From NCBI GenBank assembly GCA_029549985.1, contig JAKPIB010000035.1, positions 29,319 through 93,318 on the forward strand: a stretch of 64,000 bases of DNA. Reading direction: 5' to 3'. Both the position numbers and the translations under genes were made by a program. The stretch comes from Bacillota bacterium. Its GTDB lineage: Bacteria > Bacillota > Clostridia > Caldicoprobacterales > DTU083. This document shows positions 48,953 through 57,356 of the stretch, in pieces; position 1 is the stretch's first letter, and every line of letters begins with the position of its first letter. The notes beneath the pieces were generated by a model. It saw only the letters and a program-made list of their open reading frames with translations. It searched no databases and was not told the origin of the DNA.

Positions 48953-49052
48953 ATTATAAAATATTTTGCATGCCTATGCAGGATTTAGCTTCATGAAGTC
49001 GAATATAAAAAATAATATAATTTTACAATATTTTATAGAAGGAGTGTTAAAA

Positions 49053-49430
49053 GTGATAAATAGAAAGAAAAAGAATCAAAAAGGATTTACCTTAGTCGAA
49101 CTCATCGTAGTAATCGCCATATTAGGTATTCTTGCAGCTATCGCTATACCGGCATTCGGAGGATTCACGAAATCAGCCAATATCAGAGCTATCGAATCAG
49201 AGCACAGGATGCTGATCGGCGCCATCCAGATGTGGCAAGCCAACCAGGACAACGTAAGTACATTCCCACCGAACCTGGAAGCGTTAGATGAATATGTAGA
49301 CGGTGGTATTGCTAAAATCGAAGCAAGGATGCAAGCTGATGGTGAAAACAAGGCTCATGATATTACTCCACAAGGAAAACTGATATCCAAGTATGATGAT
49401 GCAAATGTCTGGATCTATCCTAGCCACTAA
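49053..49430 (+). CDS. pilA: major type IV pilin
   Basis: ORF 48966..49430. GTG 49053 follows GAAGGAG. Class III signal MINRKKKNQKG|FTLVELIVVIAILGILAAIAIP with Glu at +5. The mature protein is about 114 aa and has no Cys. Confidence 0.88.
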   Translation: MINRKKKNQKGFTLVELIVVIAILGILAAIAIPAFGGFTKSANIRAIESEHRMLIGAIQMWQANQDNVSTFPPNLEALDEYVDGGIAKIEARMQADGENKAHDITPQGKLISKYDDANVWIYPSH

Positions 49431-49448
49431 AATATTCTAAAAAATATA

Positions 49449-49478
49449 ATAGAGCGAGGAAACTCGCTCTATTCTTTT
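49449..49478 (+). terminator. strong intrinsic terminator after pilA
   Basis: ATAGAGCGAG-gaaa-CTCGCTCTAT (10 bp, GNRA-type loop) followed by TCTTTT. Confidence 0.8.
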
Positions 49479-49506
49479 ATGATTCGAATGCAGGTAATGG
49501 TACGAT

Positions 49507-50763
49507 ATGGGCAAAAATAAAGTCAGTACATTGTTGATAGCAATCATCTGCATAACTCCATTAGTATTCATACCGTTTACTTTATATTTTAAGCAGCTAG
49601 GTATCATCATAGTTGATTTTTTCATGCTGCCCAAGCTGCTGTTTGTGGCTTTATGCGCTTTTATAATACTGATAATGCTGGCATATTGCAAAGATAGCCC
49701 AGAGGCTCCAAAGGAAAAGCTCACAGAATATCTGATGGGGCTCTATTTGCTCCTCGTAGCCGTATCGACAGTACTTTCGATAGATCCGTACCTGTCATTG
49801 GTAGGAGCCATGTTTTACAACGAGGGACTGTTGACGATCCTTTTGTATGCTTTTTTATTTATGGCAGCAAAGCGCTGTTATTCACATGCAGACCGGCATT
49901 CAGCGATGATGACCGCCTTCTCTTCCTTGATAGGCCTATATGGCATGCTGCAATTCCTGGGGTATGATCTGACTATAACTGAAATGACCGGAAAAGTATA
50001 TGCCACTTTCAGAAACCCGAATTACTTTGGAGCTTATCTGGTGTTGATGCTACCTGTGAGTATATTTGCCTACCTGAGGACTTCTAGAAAGATAGTCCTG
50101 CCTGCTGTAGCCATCTTGTATTTCTGTTTACTGTGTACCAATACCAGGGGTTCATGGTTAGGCTTTTTGGTCTCTGTTCTTGTTTTCCTGTATTATTCCA
50201 TTAGACTCAAGTACCAGACCAGAAGACTGTTAACGGTTTTTGCTGTTCTTGCAATGGTTACGGCAGTCTATATCCTGATAGTCAACAGACAGCTGATAGA
50301 ACGCTTTGCTTCAATATTCATAGAGTTCAAAAATGTTGTCACTCTGTCTGAAAACTATGAATCAGGCGGAAGCAAAAGGATATTTATATGGAAATGCGCT
50401 TTGCAGATCATCAGGGAACACCCATTCTTCGGGACCGGACCCGAAACCTTCAGCAAAGTGATATATAGTAGATTCTCACTCCATTTCTTCAAGGCCCATA
50501 ATGAGTACCTCAATATCGCGCAGTCATCAGGGATCCCGGCCCTTATAGTCTATGCTGCCTGGCTGGCTGATGTTATACGCAATGGCATTAAGGGTATCAG
50601 AAAAAACATATACATATTGCCCTATTTGGCAAGCGTGACAGGATATGCCGTCCAGGCCTTTTTCAATGTCAGTATAGTTGCAGTAGCGTATATATTTTGG
50701 ATATTCAGTGGTATTCTTGTAAGCACGGGCACAGACATTAATTCAAAATATAGTAATTATTGA
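49507..50763 (+). CDS. Wzy_C / O-antigen-ligase-family polytopic membrane protein (candidate pilin glycosyltransferase)
   Basis: 418 aa with about 10-12 TM segments. Family-typical blocks NPNYFGAYL, TNTRGSWLGF, and HPFFGTGPETF...KAHNEYLNIAQSSGIPAL. Confidence 0.8.
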   Translation: MGKNKVSTLLIAIICITPLVFIPFTLYFKQLGIIIVDFFMLPKLLFVALCAFIILIMLAYCKDSPEAPKEKLTEYLMGLYLLLVAVSTVLSIDPYLSLVGAMFYNEGLLTILLYAFLFMAAKRCYSHADRHSAMMTAFSSLIGLYGMLQFLGYDLTITEMTGKVYATFRNPNYFGAYLVLMLPVSIFAYLRTSRKIVLPAVAILYFCLLCTNTRGSWLGFLVSVLVFLYYSIRLKYQTRRLLTVFAVLAMVTAVYILIVNRQLIERFASIFIEFKNVVTLSENYESGGSKRIFIWKCALQIIREHPFFGTGPETFSKVIYSRFSLHFFKAHNEYLNIAQSSGIPALIVYAAWLADVIRNGIKGIRKNIYILPYLASVTGYAVQAFFNVSIVAVAYIFWIFSGILVSTGTDINSKYSNY

Positions 50764-50789
50764 CATAGTTCAAATAATTAGTCTATAAT
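50760..50789 (+). promoter_or_regulatory. consensus sigma-A promoter ahead of the minor-pilin genes
   Basis: TTGACA (overlaps the ligase TGA), 18 nt spacer, TATAAT. Leaves a leader of roughly 110-125 nt. Confidence 0.6.
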
Positions 50790-50902
50790 GGTGATACCTA
50801 ATAAGGACAGACTTATACTCAGATCAATGGCATACTGTCGGTAATATATCGAGCAGACAGCCGGGTTACAACTCTGTACATACAATATAAACTATATTAT
50901 GA

Positions 50903-51418
50903 GTGAGGTTTTTATTGTTTTATATGTATAGGTGTTGTAAAATCATATCGAAAAGCAAAAATGGCTTTACTTTGCTGGAGTTGTTGATCGTTATTACTGT
51001 TATCGGTATACTTGCATCACTGGCCATACCTAATATAATCAAAATCGCGGATGATTACAGGCTTAATGAAGCGGCCAAGGAGATTGCCAGAGAGATAATA
51101 AACACCCAGCAGTTAGCGATGTACTATGGAATAGATATGCAATTTGAGATAGACATCTATAATAATCAGTATTCGGTCAGGACCAGGGGTACCCCTTCAA
51201 AGCTGTTTAAAAGAGGACAATTGGATAGAAGTATGACTATTGCCACCAATCTCTACAATCCTGGTTACAGTGGGAGCTATAAAGGGATACGTACCCTATA
51301 CTATTCGCCGAGCGGGATGCCGTCCAGAACCGGAACGATTTGGTTATATAGCGAAACAGGCGGCTATAAAAGGATTACTATAGCTGTCGGTACCGGAAGG
51401 GTGAAAATATGGGACTGA
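50903..51418 (+). CDS. minor pilin, GspH/FimT-like
   Basis: Prepilin signal ..SKSKNG|FTLLELLIVITVIGILASLAIP. Start could be GTG 50903, TTG 50915 or ATG 50924. C terminus is GspH-like (TIWLYSE..ITIAVGTGRV). Confidence 0.8.
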   Translation: MRFLLFYMYRCCKIISKSKNGFTLLELLIVITVIGILASLAIPNIIKIADDYRLNEAAKEIAREIINTQQLAMYYGIDMQFEIDIYNNQYSVRTRGTPSKLFKRGQLDRSMTIATNLYNPGYSGSYKGIRTLYYSPSGMPSRTGTIWLYSETGGYKRITIAVGTGRVKIWD

Positions 51419-52233
51419 AACGCTTAAGTGTTCTAAAGGATGACAAGGCCGGGTCTATTCTGCTGGAAGTAGTAATATCACTGATTTTGATTTCCTTGCT
51501 GGCTTTAACATTCATGTCCATGTACGTTTTCGCCTCGCGGGTGAATGCCAGATCGCAGAGAGTAACAGATACCACATATGCTGCCCAGAATATGTTGGAA
51601 GAGCTGTACAGCCTGAGCGTGAACCAGTCCTTCGATGAATCACTCAATGAACTCAGAAGTATAATCTCCTCATGCCAAGTTACCCAGGAATCGCCAGATC
51701 TTTACAAGGTCACCGGGGAATATGGCAAATACGGTGTAGAGATAACCTTGCAAAAAATCAGAGACAACATGTACAACTCCATAGTCAAGGCTTATACTCT
51801 GTCTTCGAGTCTCCATCAGGAGACGACGATGCAAAACCTCTTCATCTGGAATACAGAGGCCGATAGCGGCGAAGATGAAAATGAAAACGGCGGAGACACA
51901 GGGGGCGGAGATACAGGTGATGAAGAGGATGAGGATGAAGGAGACGAGGATGATAACGGACCCGAACAAGAATTAAAAATAGTTGACATTAAACGGATAG
52001 ATACCTATGAACAAGGCAATAAAGTCAGGTTCAATATAAGAATATACCTGAGCAACGGTGCTGAGCATGATCATAACAACAAGCAGGAGTTCGAGTTCAA
52101 GAAAAACCAGAACAAAACTGAATACACACAAGGCACTATACAACTTGGCTCAGGCTATATAGATTACGAAATAAAGATAATAGTGAAAAATGGTTCGATA
52201 GATCTTGAATTAGTTCATCAGACTTCGCGCTAA
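51409..52233 (+). CDS. minor pilin-like protein with polyacidic linker and extra C-terminal domain
   Basis: Signal MGLKRLSVLKDDKAG|SILLEVVISLILISLLALTF with Glu at +5. Acidic tract EADSGEDENENGGDTGGGDTGDEEDEDEGDEDDNGPEQ, followed by about 90 aa of beta-rich sequence. Confidence 0.7.
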   Translation: MGLKRLSVLKDDKAGSILLEVVISLILISLLALTFMSMYVFASRVNARSQRVTDTTYAAQNMLEELYSLSVNQSFDESLNELRSIISSCQVTQESPDLYKVTGEYGKYGVEITLQKIRDNMYNSIVKAYTLSSSLHQETTMQNLFIWNTEADSGEDENENGGDTGGGDTGDEEDEDEGDEDDNGPEQELKIVDIKRIDTYEQGNKVRFNIRIYLSNGAEHDHNNKQEFEFKKNQNKTEYTQGTIQLGSGYIDYEIKIIVKNGSIDLELVHQTSR

Positions 52234-52251
52234 AAGCGAGGTGAAATAATC

Positions 52252-52725
52252 ATGTATAGAACATGTAGAATTAATAAGCATAAAAAAGGCATGACCTTAG
52301 TTGAATTAGTGGTCGGTTTGGCAGTGCTGTCCCTGGCCACTGCTTTGTTATATATGATTTACGCTACCGGTCTTAAGCAATTCAACAGCGAATCTGCCAC
52401 GATTGACAACCAGTATAACATAAGGCAGGCTATGAGCTATATCGGAAGAGAAATCAGGCGGGCTGACCTGATCAGAGTCGCCAACAATCAGCTTGAGCTC
52501 ACTTATCTGGATGTAAATAACAATGTAGAGGAGATTACTTACTACTACCTCTCAGACAATACGATCTACAAAAGGAGCAATGGTGTTGCAAATCCGCTGG
52601 TTGAGGGCATTACAGAGTTTACTTACACTATCGACGGCAAGAACATTAAGCTTGTAATAACGAGTCTGCCAAACGCTATGGGCAAGGATATTTCTGTTAC
52701 TTCAATTATCAGAATAAGGGAGTAG
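52252..52725 (+). CDS. minor pilin (PilW/ComGF-like)
   Basis: Signal MYRTCRINKHKKG|MTLVELVVGLAVLSLATALL. Confidence 0.75.
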   Translation: MYRTCRINKHKKGMTLVELVVGLAVLSLATALLYMIYATGLKQFNSESATIDNQYNIRQAMSYIGREIRRADLIRVANNQLELTYLDVNNNVEEITYYYLSDNTIYKRSNGVANPLVEGITEFTYTIDGKNIKLVITSLPNAMGKDISVTSIIRIRE

Positions 52726-52732
52726 TGATACT

Positions 52733-54214
52733 ATGGTAAAAAAAATTGTAAAGCCTGAGCGAGGCTCGATTTTCATTATTACCCTGATGGTTCTGGTAGT
52801 GATGTCGATTTTAGGCACAGCTATATTAGGCTACACGCTGTCTAACAATAAAATGAGCATTCACGACAGTAATTTCCAATCTGCATATTACATTGCAGAA
52901 ACCGGGGTCAAATATGTGACCAATAAAGTTGTAGAAAACATAGTCAATGTCTATGATACATCAAATGATAAGAATGAGTTTTTTTCCAAAGTAGAACAAC
53001 TGATAAACCAAAGCATAAGCAGCTATGGGACAGGCTCCTTTGATATGATCAGAGGAATACAGCCTGTTTCAAACGTAAGATTGGATCAGAAAATAGATGC
53101 CGGCAACGGCAAGGTTATTTACATCCTTTCAGCTACAGGAAGTATTGGGGGCATAACAAGAGGCGTACAGCAAAAACTTGAGGTGATTTATCCGCAGCTG
53201 CTATCTATACAGGCTGATATGGCTGTATTTGCCGAAGATAACATAGAGCTGTCAGGAGGGGCACAGATAAATGGCCCTGTTGGCAGCAACTCAAATACAG
53301 TCGGCACTATAAAGCTAGACGGTGGATCCAACATAAACGGTGATTGTTATGTTCCTGCTCCCGCCTCTCCGGATGCAGTAAGTGTACCTTCATGGATGAC
53401 CAAGCCCAATGTACATAGCATTCCAAGAAGGCAGTACACAATGCCTTACTTCCCTGAGTTCCCTACATATGTTAAGCTGGATGCGCTCAAGGTCAGCTCC
53501 GAACACCTTATAGATCTGTCAGGAAATCTGCGCTCATTTTCCAACTCCTGCCCCGACAACTATGTACTTGAGATTACCAGAGATGCATATATACCTGATG
53601 TATATATCCGCGATAAGACTCTCACGATCAGAGCTGACGATGATATAGAGCTGGTGATCGACAATATAAAGATAGAAGGCGGCGGGCATTTAAACCTTAT
53701 CGGCAACGGCAAGGTCACCATGTATATTAGGAACAGGATGGATTTCCTGAACGGTACTAAAGTAAACAAGCCCGGTGATCTATGGGGCACTCCTACAGCA
53801 GAGCAAAGAAGCAAGACAATCGAGAAGCTTACGGTTTATTATGAAGGGACTTATCCCATAAGCATAGGAGGAGATGTTGAAATATATGGATCTTTATATG
53901 CAAAAACAGCGGACATCACTTTGACTCAGGGCGGAGGCTTTCAGGGTCATATAATGACAGGCAGTACCGGGACATTAAGGATCAATGGTGGCGCTGTTGC
54001 TCTTGTAAGGGTGATATATGCACCTTATGCAGATATCATAATGGAGCAAGGCGGCAATGTCAAAGGCGCTATCATCGGTAAAAGCCTGAAAGCGACAGGC
54101 GGAACCGTAATTACATATGTGTCACAGTATCCGGATGTACCTTTTCTGCCCGGTGAGACAGAGTCAGACCATATAGTGACAAAGGTAAGTCCCATAAGGG
54201 AAAAGCGAAACTAA
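52733..54214 (+). CDS. large PilX-N-type minor pilin / putative tip protein
   Basis: 493 aa. N terminus KPERG|SIFIITLMVLVVMSILGTAILG lacks Glu at +5, as in PilX. The C-terminal half carries repeated Gly-rich beta-strand-like units. Confidence 0.7.
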   Translation: MVKKIVKPERGSIFIITLMVLVVMSILGTAILGYTLSNNKMSIHDSNFQSAYYIAETGVKYVTNKVVENIVNVYDTSNDKNEFFSKVEQLINQSISSYGTGSFDMIRGIQPVSNVRLDQKIDAGNGKVIYILSATGSIGGITRGVQQKLEVIYPQLLSIQADMAVFAEDNIELSGGAQINGPVGSNSNTVGTIKLDGGSNINGDCYVPAPASPDAVSVPSWMTKPNVHSIPRRQYTMPYFPEFPTYVKLDALKVSSEHLIDLSGNLRSFSNSCPDNYVLEITRDAYIPDVYIRDKTLTIRADDDIELVIDNIKIEGGGHLNLIGNGKVTMYIRNRMDFLNGTKVNKPGDLWGTPTAEQRSKTIEKLTVYYEGTYPISIGGDVEIYGSLYAKTADITLTQGGGFQGHIMTGSTGTLRINGGAVALVRVIYAPYADIIMEQGGNVKGAIIGKSLKATGGTVITYVSQYPDVPFLPGETESDHIVTKVSPIREKRN

Positions 54215-54235
54215 TGATTGGAGAGAGTGGAAAGT

Positions 54236-55318
54236 ATGAAAGGGAATAAGGAAAAGCAATCAGCCGCAAAAAATCCAACTGATATGTACAAGCCGCTCAA
54301 ACCTATAATCGGAATAGATGTTGGAGCCAACCAGGTAAAGATCGTGCAAATGAAAGGCAACGGAAAAATAAAAAGCTTTGGCATCGGGAATGTCCCTGAG
54401 GGATTGATCAACCAGGGAAAGGTAGAAGCACCAGAGCCTTTCGCAGCAATGATAAAGCAGGTCATGAAAAAAAGCAATATAAAAGGAAAGAACTGTGCTC
54501 TATGCTTGTCCAATACTGATGTCATAATCAGGGAGCAGAGGCTGCCTCTGATGTCAGACAAGCAGATAAGAGACAATATTATGCACAGCATCACTACCGT
54601 ATTACCCTTGGCTCCGTCAGAGTACTCAATAAATTACAGGTTGATAGAGACTATTACGACAGAAGACGGCAGGCAGGAATTAAGGCTTATGGTAGTAGCG
54701 GTACCCATCAGTCTGGTCAGGTCGTATATTAAGGCCTTAAGAAAAGCCGGTTTGAACGTAAAATACATAGATGTATCTGCAAATGCAAAAGAAAAGCTGT
54801 TCAACTATGTTGCAAAAACCAGAGGAATAACAAATAAAAGAAACCTATGCCTGATCGACTTTGGAGCCAGCAAGACTGATATGATGATCCTGAGAAATGG
54901 AAGGTATTTTTTGCATACGACATTTAGCAGCGGATTGAACAACCTGAATGCTATCATTGCAGAAATATTCGAAACGGACTTATTTGCTGCTGAGGAATAC
55001 AAGAAAAAGATAAACTTCTTCAACGACTCTGAAAACACCTATCCTCAGGTACTCAACTTCTTTGACTATTTATTTGTTGATATCGAACGGGCTATTGAGT
55101 TCTACAAGAACCGCAATAGCCAGGATGATCTGGACGGAATATATATTTCAGGAGGTGGCAGCCTGCTGCAGGGATTACGAGATTACATGGAAGAGCAGCT
55201 GGGCATTTCAGTGCACCTGATGTCAGACCTGCTGGATGTGTATGCTGGCAGAAGACAGAAAGAACAACTGGCATTCTTCTCTGACGCTATCGGGGTTACC
55301 TTGAGGAGGGAGTGGTAA
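54236..55318 (+). CDS. pilM: type IV pilus assembly protein PilM (actin-like ATPase)
   Basis: ORF 54218..55318. ATG 54236 lies 8 nt after GGAGAGAG. IGIDVGANQVKIV phosphate-1 motif and a later ISGGGS motif. Confidence 0.9.
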   Translation: MKGNKEKQSAAKNPTDMYKPLKPIIGIDVGANQVKIVQMKGNGKIKSFGIGNVPEGLINQGKVEAPEPFAAMIKQVMKKSNIKGKNCALCLSNTDVIIREQRLPLMSDKQIRDNIMHSITTVLPLAPSEYSINYRLIETITTEDGRQELRLMVVAVPISLVRSYIKALRKAGLNVKYIDVSANAKEKLFNYVAKTRGITNKRNLCLIDFGASKTDMMILRNGRYFLHTTFSSGLNNLNAIIAEIFETDLFAAEEYKKKINFFNDSENTYPQVLNFFDYLFVDIERAIEFYKNRNSQDDLDGIYISGGGSLLQGLRDYMEEQLGISVHLMSDLLDVYAGRRQKEQLAFFSDAIGVTLRREW

Positions 55319-55320
55319 TC

Positions 55321-55890
55321 ATGAACTATGACATAAATCTTTTACCTAAAAGTGATAAAGGACTGTCAGGGTTTGACATGTTTCTGATCGTCCTTATTAT
55401 ATTTGCCATTATTCTGGCAGCTGCCTATGCCGGTTTCTACCTTCCGCTAAGCAATAAAGCCAGATTAAGCAAGGAGATCGCCAACAAGGAAAAAGAACTC
55501 GAAAGACTGAACGAGCAACTGGTCGAGTATACAGACCTGGTCAATCTGGTAAGCGATTTGGAAGCCAAGTTCGATATTATAAAAGCCTTACAGAAAGATT
55601 ACTTTAGGACATCGCTTTTTCTATCATACTTAGAGCAATCGTTACCAGATGAAATAGTATTGAAAAGCGTCGATATAGACGGGAAAAATGCAGGTATAAA
55701 TGGCATCTCCCCCAACCTGAACCTGATAGCGCAGTTCATAGTGAACCTGAGAAACCATGAGAATATTTCAGATGTAATCTTTACTGAAGCCAGGCTGAGC
55801 GAAAGTGAAGGCAACTATGGGTTTAAATTATCAATCGTAATAGCAGATATTCAGTCTGGTGAAAACGAAGAGGGGGCTGATGCAGAATGA
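55321..55890 (+). CDS. pilN: type IV pilus assembly protein PilN
   Basis: ORF 55312..55890 with ATG 55321. N terminus MNYDINLLPK, a single TM segment, then a coiled coil. Confidence 0.82.
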   Translation: MNYDINLLPKSDKGLSGFDMFLIVLIIFAIILAAAYAGFYLPLSNKARLSKEIANKEKELERLNEQLVEYTDLVNLVSDLEAKFDIIKALQKDYFRTSLFLSYLEQSLPDEIVLKSVDIDGKNAGINGISPNLNLIAQFIVNLRNHENISDVIFTEARLSESEGNYGFKLSIVIADIQSGENEEGADAE

Positions 55891-56486
55891 AATTATCCAA
55901 AAGAGAGCTTGGCTTGCTTGTCCTGTTGTTGGTTTTTGCAGTCGGTGCGTTATATTACACCCAGTTTTATACCCCGATGAGCAAGCAGCTTACAGATCTG
56001 GCATCGAAGTCCCAGAACCTGACTATACAGATTACCGATGCAAAATCAAGGATAAGCAAGATACCGGACGTAGAATCACAGATAAATGAGCTGGAAAATG
56101 AGTTCGACAACCTGAAAGAGAAATTTCTTGACGGATGGGACGAACCTGTTCTGATGGTGTATCTGGAGGACCTGATTGGAGATTTGGCTGAGAAAACCAC
56201 GATATATTTTGACAGGAACTCACCTGATAAGCTTTATAATAGCGGAACCATCAGAATCTCGTTGAATACCAGCTACCAGAATTTTAAGAGTGTTATATCC
56301 AAACTTGAAAACGGACTGCTTTACAATGTTCCTTCATCGGTAAGCCTCGACTACTCAGATGATAGTGATAAAAGCTTAAAGGCAGACCTGATTCTCAAAT
56401 TCTACACTCTTAACGAGCCTGATCCCTTCAAGGATGACTATGAGTTTATGAAAGGACAGTATGGGAAAGAGAATATTTTCAGGTAA
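55887..56486 (+). CDS. pilO: type IV pilus assembly protein PilO
   Basis: ATGA overlap with pilN. N-terminal TM segment plus coiled coil. Position after pilMN. Confidence 0.7.
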   Translation: MKLSKRELGLLVLLLVFAVGALYYTQFYTPMSKQLTDLASKSQNLTIQITDAKSRISKIPDVESQINELENEFDNLKEKFLDGWDEPVLMVYLEDLIGDLAEKTTIYFDRNSPDKLYNSGTIRISLNTSYQNFKSVISKLENGLLYNVPSSVSLDYSDDSDKSLKADLILKFYTLNEPDPFKDDYEFMKGQYGKENIFR

Positions 56487-56516
56487 GAAAGAGCAGATCA
56501 ATTTCAGGAGAATGGC

Positions 56517-57356
56517 ATGGATATTTCGCCCTTGACGAAGATAGTAGGGGTCATTGGACACCCGATAGGACATAGCCTGTCTCCCAGGCTTCACAACAAC
56601 TTTTACAAAAAGCTGAAGCTTGATATAGCATACCTGGCTTTTGACGTCAAGCCGGCCGAGCTGGAAAAGGCTGTACGAGGGATGGCTGCTCTCGGTTTCA
56701 TAGGTTTCAATGTGACAATACCCCACAAGGAATCCATGCTGAACCTGGTTGATGAAGTGGAACCAGGCGCACAGCTGGTAGGAGCGATCAATACCGTCAA
56801 GATAGCTGACGGAAAGCTGATAGGCCACAACACCGATGGCCAGGGCTTTATGGAGTCCCTTAAGCGAAATGATGTAAACATACGGGACAGACATATAGTA
56901 GTCCTTGGAGCCGGAGGCGCTGCAAGGGCTGTAAGTATTGCTGTAGCAGCTGATGGTCCGAAAAGGATGACTATCGTCAACAGGACCTTTGAGCGGGGAA
57001 GGCATCTGGCATTTTCAATAAACGATAAAATAGGCAAAAGGCTTGCGAAGGCAGCATCAGAAATACCCCGTGATGCCGATATTATAATAAATACCACTTC
57101 CCTTGGCATGTGGCCTGATGTCCATGCCAGTCCTATTACCGGATACAGCTTAAGGGCAGATACTGTAGTATGTGATATAGTGTACAACCCTAGAAAGACC
57201 TTGATGCTGAAGCAGGCTGAAGCCATGGGCTGCAAAACTGTAGACGGCATTGGTATGCTGATCGGCCAGGCTTTGCGCTCAATAGAGATATGGACGGATA
57301 CAAAGCTTGACAGCGGAGCATGGAATACGATGCAGGAGGAAATAGAGCATATATGA
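56517..57356 (+). CDS. aroE: shikimate dehydrogenase
   Basis: GVIGHPIGHSLSPRLHN, NVTIPHK, NTDG and GAGGAARA motifs. Confidence 0.93.
   Translation: MDISPLTKIVGVIGHPIGHSLSPRLHNNFYKKLKLDIAYLAFDVKPAELEKAVRGMAALGFIGFNVTIPHKESMLNLVDEVEPGAQLVGAINTVKIADGKLIGHNTDGQGFMESLKRNDVNIRDRHIVVLGAGGAARAVSIAVAADGPKRMTIVNRTFERGRHLAFSINDKIGKRLAKAASEIPRDADIIINTTSLGMWPDVHASPITGYSLRADTVVCDIVYNPRKTLMLKQAEAMGCKTVDGIGMLIGQALRSIEIWTDTKLDSGAWNTMQEEIEHI

Noticed and set aside
48966-49052. Upstream in-frame extension of the pilin ORF (MHAYAGFSFMKSNIK...).
   Set aside because: It would give a 40-aa leader before the G|FTLVE cleavage site. The GTG at 49053 has a proper GAAGGAG RBS and gives a normal 11-aa leader.
48953-49052. 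Possible sigma-54 promoter or c-di-GMP riboswitch upstream of pilA. The same question applies to 41701-41893.
   Set aside because: A TTGCA is present but there is no GG element at the -24 spacing. No conserved GEMM-I or GEMM-II core sequences are visible. The regions are simply AT-rich.
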